From Candidatus Eiseniibacteriota bacterium (lineage in GTDB: Bacteria; Eisenbacteria; RBG-16-71-46): a stretch of 32,480 bases of DNA. The stretch's first letter is position 1; each line of letters opens with the position of its first letter. The translations under genes were made by a program, and so were the position numbers. A model generated the notes under the pieces. That model saw nothing but the letters and a program-made list of their open reading frames with translations, made no database searches and was not told the origin of the DNA. Below, piece after piece: positions 23,536 to 31,629 of the stretch. The stretch lies in NCBI GenBank assembly GCA_044223005.1, contig JBGAML010000027.1:1-32480 (forward strand). The letters run 5' to 3'.

Positions 23536-23563
23536 GTATCGGATCGCGCCGGAGCCGTCTTGA
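23536..23563 (-). promoter_or_regulatory. Sigma28-like promoter of flgL
   Basis: Minus strand CTCAAG-N15-TCCGATAC. Confidence 0.68.
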
Positions 23564-23669
23564 GCCGGCCGTGACGAACACGGGTGCGCGCCCGGGTCCG
23601 TCCGGCGGTTCGGGGGAGCGCCGGCCCCGCCCCGGGACGTTCCGGGACACGCGAACCCACACGAGGGAC

Positions 23670-25052
23670 ATGTCGAACATCCTGTGCATCGACGACGAGC
23701 CGTCGGTCGGCGTGGTGCTCGAACACCACCTGACCGAGATCGGCCACCAGCCCACCCTGGCCACCAGCGTGGACGAAGGCCTCCGGGCCGTGCGGGACGG
23801 CGAGATCGACCTGATCATCTCGGACTACCGCATGCCCGACGCGACCGGCCTGGACCTGCTGGAGATGCTCCGGCAACAGGGTGTCGACGTCCCGGTCATC
23901 ATCATGACGGGGTATTCGAGCATCGAGCACGCGGTGCTCTCGATCCGTCACGGCGCGGTCGACTACCTCACGAAACCCCTGCGCCAGGAGGCGTTGCGGA
24001 TCGCGGTCAACAACGCGATCGAGGTCGCCCGGCTCCGGCGCGAGAACGAGGCGTACCGCCGCGAGATCACCTCGCTGCGCGGCCAGCGCGTGATCGTCGG
24101 TGAATCCAAGATGCTCCGCGGCGTCATGGACACGCTGGCGACGGTGGCGCCGACGCGCGCGACGGTCCTGCTCGAGGGCGAATCGGGAACGGGCAAGGAG
24201 CTCTTCGCGCGTGCCCTGCACGCCCAGAGCCCCCGCCGCGACCAGCCGTTCGTGACCGTGAACTGCGCCGCGCTACCCGAGGGGCTCGTCGAGAGCACGC
24301 TGTTCGGCCACGAACGCGGCGCCTTCACCGGCGCGACCCAGCGGCAGCCCGGCGCGTTCGAGCGCGCCCACCGCGGGACGCTGATGCTGGACGAGATCTC
24401 GGAGATGCGGCTCGACCTGCAGGCCAAGCTGCTGCGGGCGATCCAGGAGCAGGAGTTCGAGCGCGTCGGTGGCAACCAGAGCGTGCGCGTGGACGTGCGC
24501 ATCGTCGCGACCACCAATCGCGACCTGCTCGCCGAAGTCGGCGCGGGGCGGTTCCGCCAGGACCTCTACTATCGTCTCGCCGTGGTGCCCGTTCGCACGC
24601 CGCCCCTGCGAGAGCGGCTCGAGGACCTGCCGCTGCTGGTCGAGCATTTCGTCGCGCAGGCCGCGGCCGAACTCGGCGTGAAGCCGCCCGCGGTGCGGCC
24701 CGAGGCGCTCGAGGCACTGCGCCGCCGCGGCTGGCCCGGCAACGTGCGCGAGCTCGCCAACGCGGTCGAGCGCGCGGTGCTGCTCGGGCGCGGCGCGCCG
24801 CTCGGTCCCGAGGCGTTCGGTCCCGCCGTGCCCGCGTCCGTTCCGGCTCCGGCCGCGGCGGCTCCGGCCGGCGCTCCGGCGCCCGCGGGGACGGCGCCGG
24901 CGCCGCTCAACCTGCGCGAGCTCGAGAAGCAGGCGATCGAACGTGCACTCGCCACGACCGGCGGCCATCGCCAGAAGGCGGCGGAGCTGCTCGGGATCAG
25001 CGAGCGCACGCTGCGCAACAAGCTCAACGGTCCGGGGGAAGCCGCCGCGTAG
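23670..25052 (+). CDS. Sigma54-dependent response regulator (NtrC family; FleR/FlrC/FlbD-like by context)
   Basis: Receiver (IDDE, ISDYRMP, TKP), GESGTGKE, GAFTGA, LMLDEI, RFRQDLYYRL, WPGNVREL and C-terminal HTH. Confidence 0.93.
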   Translation: MSNILCIDDEPSVGVVLEHHLTEIGHQPTLATSVDEGLRAVRDGEIDLIISDYRMPDATGLDLLEMLRQQGVDVPVIIMTGYSSIEHAVLSIRHGAVDYLTKPLRQEALRIAVNNAIEVARLRRENEAYRREITSLRGQRVIVGESKMLRGVMDTLATVAPTRATVLLEGESGTGKELFARALHAQSPRRDQPFVTVNCAALPEGLVESTLFGHERGAFTGATQRQPGAFERAHRGTLMLDEISEMRLDLQAKLLRAIQEQEFERVGGNQSVRVDVRIVATTNRDLLAEVGAGRFRQDLYYRLAVVPVRTPPLRERLEDLPLLVEHFVAQAAAELGVKPPAVRPEALEALRRRGWPGNVRELANAVERAVLLGRGAPLGPEAFGPAVPASVPAPAAAAPAGAPAPAGTAPAPLNLRELEKQAIERALATTGGHRQKAAELLGISERTLRNKLNGPGEAAA

Positions 25053-25076
25053 CCGCTGCACGCCTTCGGGACGTCC

Positions 25077-25116
25077 GCCGCGCCCGGTGCGAGAGCACCG
25101 GGCGCGGCACTTTCTT
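25077..25116 (+). terminator. Intrinsic terminator after the sigma54 activator
   Basis: GCCGCGCCCGGTGC-gaga-GCACCGGGCGCGGC followed by ACTTTCTT. Confidence 0.65.
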
Positions 25117-25240
25117 CCGGCAGGAAGTTCCCGGGCGGGTTCCCGCGGGAACCGCGCGGCCTCCGCGTCCGCGAACGTGCGCGCGGCGAACCGGCGCAGG
25201 CGCGGGGCTTTCGCGGCCCTCGCACGGACCGAGCGCGCCG

Positions 25241-25255
25241 CGGCACGTCGCTTGC
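25241..25255 (+). promoter_or_regulatory. Sigma54 (-24/-12) promoter of the flgB operon
   Basis: CGGCACGTCGCTTGC with exact GG-N10-GC spacing, ending 34 nt before the flgB ATG. Confidence 0.8.
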
Positions 25256-25289
25256 GGTGTCCCCTTCGGATTCGAACGAGGGGGTTCGC

Positions 25290-25586
25290 ATGTTCCGATC
25301 GCTTTTCGGTACGGGAACGTTGACGTCCATGCTGCGGGGCGGGCTCGAGGAGACCTCGGCCACGCACCGGGCGATCGCGCAGCGCGTCTCGGGCGCGCTG
25401 AGCGCGAGCACGAGCACCGACTTCGCGAGCGCGCTGCAGGCGAAGCAGGGCCAGTCGAAGGTCGCCGCCGCCGATCTCGAGCGCGACATGGCGTCGCTGG
25501 CGGACACGCAGATCCGCTACGAAGCGGACGCCAAGCTGCTGCAGGGAGCGTACGCCCAGCTGCGGGCGACGATGAAGAATGGCTAG
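25290..25586 (+). CDS. flgB: Divergent, short FlgB-like proximal rod protein
   Basis: First gene before flgC; DLERDMASLADTQIRY resembles the FlgB C-terminal motif; the ANNIAN motif is eroded. Confidence 0.65.
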   Translation: MFRSLFGTGTLTSMLRGGLEETSATHRAIAQRVSGALSASTSTDFASALQAKQGQSKVAAADLERDMASLADTQIRYEADAKLLQGAYAQLRATMKNG

Positions 25587-26007
25587 TCCGGTCACGCGGT
25601 TCCCGCAGTGGCCGCGCCCCGTGCGGCAGCTGATGCCCGGCCTCGGCGCCAGCGCCGACGGCATGGCGGTCCAGCAGCGCTTCCTCGAGGTGATCTCGCG
25701 CAACCTCGCCAACGCCGAGGTCACGCGTACGCCCGAGGGCGGCGCGTACAAGCGCGAGGTGGCCGAACTCGGGATCGATCCGTCGACCGGGCAGGCCGGA
25801 CTCGTCGTGAAGCAGGACCCGCGTCCCGGGCGAATGGTCTACGACCCCGGTCACCCGGACGCCAACGCGCAGGGCTTCGTCGAGTACCCCAACGTCGACG
25901 TCAACACCGAGCTCGTCGACCTGATGATCGTGCGCCGCGTGCACGAAGCGAACGTCAGCGTCTTCCAGGCCGCGAAGAGCATGCTGCGGCGGGCGCTGGA
26001 CATCTGA
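25579..26007 (+). CDS. flgC: Basal-body rod protein FlgC
   Basis: VISRNLANAEVTRT.EGGAYKR, YDPGHPDA..GFVEYPNVD, EANVSVF.AAKSM.RRALDI. Confidence 0.93.
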   Translation: MASPVTRFPQWPRPVRQLMPGLGASADGMAVQQRFLEVISRNLANAEVTRTPEGGAYKREVAELGIDPSTGQAGLVVKQDPRPGRMVYDPGHPDANAQGFVEYPNVDVNTELVDLMIVRRVHEANVSVFQAAKSMLRRALDI

Positions 26008-26023
26008 ACCCGAGGAGCGAGTC

Positions 26024-26302
26024 ATGAGCGTCCAGGGACCGACGCCCCTTCCGATCCGGCCGTTCGTGCCGCCCGCGGCGAACGCCGCTCCGGCGCCGCG
26101 CGCGGCGTCGGCGCACGCCCCGGCGGCCGCGAAGCCCGCGGCGAGCGCCGAGGGTTCGCTGTGGGACGTGCTCACGGACGAGGAGCGCGCGTTCTTCGCG
26201 CAGCAGGCCTCGCTCGGATCGCTGACCTACGGCCGCGCGCGGACCTCGACGCCCGCCGCCAACGGGGCGCCCATCGGCGGGCGCCTGGACGTGAGGGGCT
26301 GA
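26024..26302 (+). CDS. Small hypothetical protein within the rod operon
   Basis: GAGGAG RBS; fills the gap between flgC and fliE; LWDVLTDEERAFF..LTYG..GGRLDVRG. Confidence 0.7.
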   Translation: MSVQGPTPLPIRPFVPPAANAAPAPRAASAHAPAAAKPAASAEGSLWDVLTDEERAFFAQQASLGSLTYGRARTSTPAANGAPIGGRLDVRG

Positions 26303-26305
26303 GCC

Positions 26306-26611
26306 GTGGCCGGCCTCGATCGCATCGGCGCACCGCTCACCGGCCCGCTCGGGCGGCCCGAGCTGCCGTCGCTGCCGGCGCCCGACGCGCCGGGGGCGTC
26401 GTTCTCCGACCTGTTCCGCAAGTCGATCAACGACACCTCGAACATGCAGGACAACGCCAAGGACATGATCGCCGCCTACCTGCGCGGCGAGCCCGTGGAG
26501 CTGCACCAGGTGATGGCCGCGAGCGAGGAAGCCTCGATCTCGCTCGAACTGCTCGTCGAGATCCGCAACAAGCTCACCGAAGCGTATCGCACCGTGATGA
26601 ACATCCAGTAG
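26306..26611 (+). CDS. fliE: Hook-basal body protein FliE
   Basis: SFSDLF, ELHQVMAASEEA..L..EIRNKLTEAYRTVMNIQ. Confidence 0.93.
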   Translation: MAGLDRIGAPLTGPLGRPELPSLPAPDAPGASFSDLFRKSINDTSNMQDNAKDMIAAYLRGEPVELHQVMAASEEASISLELLVEIRNKLTEAYRTVMNIQ

Positions 26612-26623
26612 GCGACCGCCCCC

Positions 26624-28117
26624 ATGGCCGATTCCCCGGTTCCATTCCTCTCCAACGTCCGCGGCATGGACGGCTCGCGCCGGTTCCTGCTGATCGGCGC
26701 GCTCGTCGTCCTCGCCGTGGCGATCGGCGTCGTCGGCCGGTGGGCGTCGACGCCGACCTACGTGACGCTCTACCACGACATGGACCTCAAGGAGTCCGGC
26801 CAGGTCGGAGAGACGCTCGCCAAGTCGGGCATTCCGTACCGGCTCTCCGGCAGCGGCACCGAGATCGAGGTCCCGGTCGCCGACGTCGCGCGTGCGCGCG
26901 TCGCGCTCGCGAAGGACGGCCTGCCGACGCAGGGCCGCCCCGGGCTCGAACTGTTCGACAAGCCGTCGTGGGGCATGACCGACTTCACGCAGCGCGTCAC
27001 CTACCAGCGCGCGCTCGAGGGCGAGCTCGCCCGCACGATCGGCCAGATCCAGGGCGTGGAGCGCGCGGAGGTGCACCTGCTGCTGCCCACGGCGAGCGCG
27101 ATCCGGCGCCAGGAGCGGCCGGCGGGCGCCTCCGTGGTGCTGACCCTGAAAGGTGGCACGCCGCTCTCCTCCGAGACCGTGCAGGGCATCACGTACGTGG
27201 TGAGCAACTCGGTCGAGGGGCTCGCGGCGGACAACGTCGCCGTGATGGACAACGCCGGCCGCGTGCTGTCGCTGCCGTCCGCGGGCGCGGGCGGCGCGGG
27301 CATGACCGGGCGCCAGCTCGAAGTCGCCCACGGCATGGAGTCGCGCTACGTCGACAAGATCGAGAACCTCGTCGCGACGGTGGTCGGGGTCGGCCGCGTC
27401 CGCGCGCAGGTGGCGGCGCAGGTCAGCTTCGACGAGGTCGACGCGACGACCGAGACGTACAACCCCGACGGCCAGGTGCTGCAGACCGAACAGCGCAGCG
27501 AGGGTGGCCCGGCCGACGGTGGCACGCCGCAGACCATCGTCAGCAACCAGTACCAGAACTCGCGGCGCGTCGAGAAGAGCAGCAGCCTCGCCGGCCGGCT
27601 CACGCGGCTGACCGTCGCGGTGCTGGTCGACGAGAAGTCGATGCGTGCGGGCGAGAAGGCCCGCATGCTGTCGGACATCGACGCGATGGTCCGGAACGCC
27701 GTCGGCGTCGACAGCACGCGCGGCGACCGCCTCAGCGTCATGGCCGTGCCGTTCGAGCCGGTGCAGGTGGCGGACGCGGGCAAGACGCCCAAGACGACCG
27801 TGGATCCGGTGGTGCTGGTCGAGCGCGTCAGTCATCCGCTCGTCGGCGTCGTCGCGATCGTGGTCATGCTCATGATCGGGCTGCAGATCCGCGGCCTGCT
27901 CGCCCCGGCACGGAAGCCGGCCGCGGGCGGCGCGGGCGCGGCGCGCGCGGCGGGCGGCGCCGGCGGCGCGGGCGCGGGCCCGGCCGGCGAGCCGGAGGCG
28001 CTGCCGCCCCCCGAGGACAGCGAAGTCGTGAAGCTCAAGAACCGGCTCAAGCAGGAGACCGGGGAGCGCCCCGAAGTGACGGCCCAGGTCCTCAAGGCCT
28101 GGCTGGCGGAGAACTGA
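26624..28117 (+). CDS. fliF: MS-ring protein FliF
   Basis: N-terminal TM, GLELFD..WGMTDFTQ...YQRALEGELARTI, ASVVLTL, RLTVAVLVD, RGDRLSV, second TM, and VLKAWL. Confidence 0.94.
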   Translation: MADSPVPFLSNVRGMDGSRRFLLIGALVVLAVAIGVVGRWASTPTYVTLYHDMDLKESGQVGETLAKSGIPYRLSGSGTEIEVPVADVARARVALAKDGLPTQGRPGLELFDKPSWGMTDFTQRVTYQRALEGELARTIGQIQGVERAEVHLLLPTASAIRRQERPAGASVVLTLKGGTPLSSETVQGITYVVSNSVEGLAADNVAVMDNAGRVLSLPSAGAGGAGMTGRQLEVAHGMESRYVDKIENLVATVVGVGRVRAQVAAQVSFDEVDATTETYNPDGQVLQTEQRSEGGPADGGTPQTIVSNQYQNSRRVEKSSSLAGRLTRLTVAVLVDEKSMRAGEKARMLSDIDAMVRNAVGVDSTRGDRLSVMAVPFEPVQVADAGKTPKTTVDPVVLVERVSHPLVGVVAIVVMLMIGLQIRGLLAPARKPAAGGAGAARAAGGAGGAGAGPAGEPEALPPPEDSEVVKLKNRLKQETGERPEVTAQVLKAWLAEN

Positions 28118-28118
28118 C

Positions 28119-29168
28119 GTGGCCGCCGCGCTCGCGAAACGCGGGGGAGGCCGCTCGGCCGAACCCGACGCCCTGACGGGGCCGCAGAAGGGGGCCGTGC
28201 TCTGCATGGCGCTCGGCGCCGAACGCTCCGCGCGCATCATGCAGCTGCTTTCCGCGCGCGAGGTCGAGGTGATCTCGCGCGAGATCGCGTCGCTGCCCAT
28301 GGTCGGGGCCGACCGCGTGAGCACCGTGCTCGGCGAGTTCCAGCAGGTGTCGCGTGCCGTCGAGTCCGTGGCGCGCGGCGGTGTGGACTACGCACAGGAG
28401 ATCCTCGAGCAGGCGCTGGGGCCCAACAAGGCCAAGGCGATCCTCGAGAAGATCCAGGAACAGCTCGTGGACACGGGGCTCAAGCGCCTGCGCAACGCCG
28501 CGCCCGAAGTGCTCGGCGGCATCCTGCGCGGCGAACACCCGCAGACGATCGCGCTGATCCTCGCGCACCTCGACCTGCGCCAGGCCTCGAGCGTGATCTC
28601 GGGCATGGAGCCCGAGCTCGCGTCCGAGGTGCTCTACCGGATCGCGCGCATGGACAAGATCTCGCCCGAGATGCTGCTCGTGGTCGAGAGCGGGCTGTCG
28701 AGCAAGACGGACCTGTCGCTGTCCGAGGAGATGACGCTGTCGGGCGGCCCGCAGGCGGTCGCCAAGCTGCTCAACATGACGGGCGGCAGCCTCGAGAAGG
28801 AACTGCTCGAGGGCATCGAGACGCGCAACGGCGAGATCGCCGGGCAGATCAAGGCCCTCATGTTCGTCTTCGAGGACCTGCTGCTCGTCGACGCGCGCGG
28901 CATCCAGCGCGTGCTGCGGGACGTCGACGCGAAGGACCTGGCGCTCGCGCTCAAGGCGGCGAGCGACGACCTCAAGAAGCACATCCGCTCGAACATGTCC
29001 GAACGTGCGGGCCAGGCGCTCGAGGAGGAGATCGAGATGCTCGGGCCGGTGCGCGTGAAGGACGTGGAAGCCGCGCACGCCCGGATCATCGAGGTGGTGC
29101 GACAGCTCTCCGATGCGGGCGAGATCATGATCGCGGGACGTGGAGGCGGCGATGACATCATCCAGTGA
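28119..29168 (+). CDS. fliG: Motor switch protein FliG
   Basis: LTGPQKGAVL, GGVDYA, EHPQTIALIL, MFVFEDL, LALALK, NMSERA, GPVRVKDVE. Confidence 0.95.
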   Translation: MAAALAKRGGGRSAEPDALTGPQKGAVLCMALGAERSARIMQLLSAREVEVISREIASLPMVGADRVSTVLGEFQQVSRAVESVARGGVDYAQEILEQALGPNKAKAILEKIQEQLVDTGLKRLRNAAPEVLGGILRGEHPQTIALILAHLDLRQASSVISGMEPELASEVLYRIARMDKISPEMLLVVESGLSSKTDLSLSEEMTLSGGPQAVAKLLNMTGGSLEKELLEGIETRNGEIAGQIKALMFVFEDLLLVDARGIQRVLRDVDAKDLALALKAASDDLKKHIRSNMSERAGQALEEEIEMLGPVRVKDVEAAHARIIEVVRQLSDAGEIMIAGRGGGDDIIQ

Positions 29169-29838
29169 CGCCGGCGCCTGGCAGCCGCTGGACCTCGTCC
29201 ACGACCGGCCGGATCCGTCCGCGCCGCCGGCATCGCCCGTGCCGTTCACGGCCGCGGCGGTCGCGGCGTGGCCGGCGGGAGCTTCCGGCGACTGGCTGCC
29301 GCCGCTGCGCACGCACGGCGAGTCCGCGGCGGAAGACGCGCGGCGCCGGCGCGAGGAGGACGCCTTCCGGCGCGGCCGCGAGGACGCGATCCGGCTGGAG
29401 CGGGACCGCGTCGATGCGCTCTGCGCCACGGCCCTGCAGGCCGTCGGCCGCGCGGCGGGGCATCTGGGCACGATCGCCGACGAGTTCGCGCGCGACCGTG
29501 AACGCGACCTGCAGGGGCTCGCGATCGCGATCGCGCGGCACATCGTGCAGCACGAGCTGACGATCGACCCGCTCCGGGTCGGCGAGCTGGTGCGGCGCGC
29601 GCTCGAAATGCTGCCGAGCGACCACGAGATCGAGGTGCGCCTCAATCCCGAGGACCTTCGCACCCTGGGACCTTCGCTCGCGTCGCTGGGCCCCGGCGAC
29701 GGCAGCGTGAAGCTGCAGTGGGTCGGCGATCCGTCGATCGAGCGCGGGGGCTTCGTCGCCGAGACGCCGCAGCGCATCGTCGACGGCCGCGCGGACGTGG
29801 CGCTGCGCGCCCTGTACGAGAGGTTCGACCATGAATGA
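29152..29838 (+). CDS. fliH: Flagellar export protein FliH
   Basis: Between fliG and fliI; IAIARHIVQHEL, VRLNPEDL and DPSIERGG..ET..RIVDG. Confidence 0.82.
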   Translation: MTSSSDAGAWQPLDLVHDRPDPSAPPASPVPFTAAAVAAWPAGASGDWLPPLRTHGESAAEDARRRREEDAFRRGREDAIRLERDRVDALCATALQAVGRAAGHLGTIADEFARDRERDLQGLAIAIARHIVQHELTIDPLRVGELVRRALEMLPSDHEIEVRLNPEDLRTLGPSLASLGPGDGSVKLQWVGDPSIERGGFVAETPQRIVDGRADVALRALYERFDHE

Positions 29839-31177
29839 CCTCGCGCGCGACTGGCGGGAGCGGGCGGGGGCCACGCTCGACGACCTGGACCGGTTCACGG
29901 TCTTCGGGCGCGTGACGCGCGTCATCGGCCAGGTGATCGAAGCGAGTTCGCTGCCCGTCGCGGTGGGCGAGATGTGCCGCATCGCACCGGACGAGACGCA
30001 CGGGATCCTCGCGCAGGTCGCCGGCTTCCACGAGCGCGGCGTCATGCTCATGCCGCTCGGCGAGCTCGAGGGCATCCATCCCGGCGCGACGGTCGTGCCG
30101 CTCGGGCGCGGATTCTTCGCGCGCGCGGGTGAATCGCTCGTCGGTCGCGTGCTGGACGGCCTCGGCCGCCCGATCGACGACGGCCGTCCGCTGGGGCGCA
30201 CCCGCCGCATGCCGCTGCTCGCCGAGCCGCCGTCGCCACTGGAACGGCCGCGCATCCACCGGCCGCTCGCGACGGGCGTGCGGGCGATCGACGGCCTGCT
30301 GACGCTCGGCCGCGGCCAGCGTATCGGCATCATGGCCGGATCGGGCGTGGGCAAGAGCGTCCTGCTCGGCATGGTCGCCCGGCGGACGAGCGCCGACGTC
30401 AACGTGATCGCGCTGCTGGGCGAGCGCGGGCGCGAGGTGCGCGAGTTCATCGAGCGCGACCTCGGTCCGGAAGGCCTCGCGCGTTCGGTGGTCGTGGTCG
30501 CGACGAGCGACCAGCCTCCGGTCGTGCGCGCCACGGGCGCGCTGGTCGCCACCGCGATCGCGGAGTGGTTCCGCGACTCGGGGCGCGACGTGCTCCTCAT
30601 GATGGACTCGGTCACGCGCGTCGCGATGGCGTGGCGCGAGATGGGACTCGCGGTCGGCGAGCCGCCCACCACCAAGGGCTATCCGCCGTCGGTGTTCGCG
30701 GCGCTGCCGCGGCTGCTCGAACGGGCGGGGGCGTCGGCGAAGGGCAGCATCACGGGGCTCTACACGGTGCTGGTCGAGGGCGACGACTTCAACGAGCCGG
30801 TCGCCGACGCGGCGCGTTCGGTACTGGACGGCCACATCGTGCTCTCGCGGCGGCTCGCGAGCGCCAAGCACTTCCCGGCGATCGACGTGCTCGAGAGCGT
30901 GAGCCGCGTGCGCGACGACGTCGTCACGCGCGAGGAGCGCGAGCGCGCGAACCAGTTCCTTCGGCTCGAGGCGGCCTACCGGGCGCACGAGGACCTCATC
31001 ACGGTCGGCGCCTACCGCGCCGGGGCCGATCCGCTGGTCGACGTGGCGATCGCGCTGCGGCCGCAGATGCAGGCGTTCCTGCGCCAGACTCCCGAGGAAG
31101 GCGACACGTACGCGGAGGCGCACGGCCGCATCGCCGAGCTCCTGACCGGGACGTCACGGCCGGGAGGTGAGTCGTGA
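29831..31177 (+). CDS. fliI: Flagellar export ATPase FliI
   Basis: GQRIGIMAGSGVGKS, GERGREVREF, LMMDSVTR, GEPPTTKGYPPS, DGHIVLSR. Confidence 0.95.
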   Translation: MNDLARDWRERAGATLDDLDRFTVFGRVTRVIGQVIEASSLPVAVGEMCRIAPDETHGILAQVAGFHERGVMLMPLGELEGIHPGATVVPLGRGFFARAGESLVGRVLDGLGRPIDDGRPLGRTRRMPLLAEPPSPLERPRIHRPLATGVRAIDGLLTLGRGQRIGIMAGSGVGKSVLLGMVARRTSADVNVIALLGERGREVREFIERDLGPEGLARSVVVVATSDQPPVVRATGALVATAIAEWFRDSGRDVLLMMDSVTRVAMAWREMGLAVGEPPTTKGYPPSVFAALPRLLERAGASAKGSITGLYTVLVEGDDFNEPVADAARSVLDGHIVLSRRLASAKHFPAIDVLESVSRVRDDVVTREERERANQFLRLEAAYRAHEDLITVGAYRAGADPLVDVAIALRPQMQAFLRQTPEEGDTYAEAHGRIAELLTGTSRPGGES

Positions 31178-31629
31178 AGCGTTTCGCGTTCCGGCTCGAG
31201 CGGATTCGTGAGCTGCGCGCGCGCGCCGAGCGCGAGCGAGCCGCGGACCTGGGCGCGGCCATGCGCGAGGAGCACCAGAGTGCGGAGCTGCTGGCGGCCG
31301 CGCGGCGGGAGCTCGAGCGGACGGGCGAGCAGGCCGCAGCCGCCGCGAGCGCGACGCCGCAGCCGGCGGGAATGCTGCGGAACCTGAACGAGGCTCGCGA
31401 CGCCGCCGAGGTGCGCGTCGAGGCCGCGTCGGCCGAGCTGGAGGCGGCGCGCGAGCGCGTCGCGCAGGAGCAGGAACGATACGGCGAGGCCCGCCGCGAG
31501 CTGCGCGTGGTGGAGAAGCTGCGCGAGAAGCGACTGGACGCGTGGCGCGAGGACGGCGCGCGCGAGGAGCGGAAGGAAACCGACGAAGTGGCGACGAACC
31601 GTCACTTCACGAAAGAGGAGCGGTCATGA
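31174..31629 (+). CDS. fliJ: Flagellar export protein FliJ
   Basis: MKRFAFRLERIRELR, coiled coil, VEKLREK..ERKETDE; follows fliI. Confidence 0.85.
   Translation: MKRFAFRLERIRELRARAERERAADLGAAMREEHQSAELLAAARRELERTGEQAAAAASATPQPAGMLRNLNEARDAAEVRVEAASAELEAARERVAQEQERYGEARRELRVVEKLREKRLDAWREDGAREERKETDEVATNRHFTKEERS

Noticed and set aside
25105..25133. CGGCACTTTCTTCCG / CGGCAGGAAGTTCCCG as enhancer sites for the sigma54 activator
   Set aside because: Distance to the promoter is plausible, but the palindromes are imperfect and overlap the terminator; not supportable without comparative data.
27920..27985. GGCGGCGCG-type repeats in fliF, and similar runs at 24830-24900 and 31780-31910
   Set aside because: Low-complexity Gly/Ala/Pro linkers within proteins, not DNA repeat elements.
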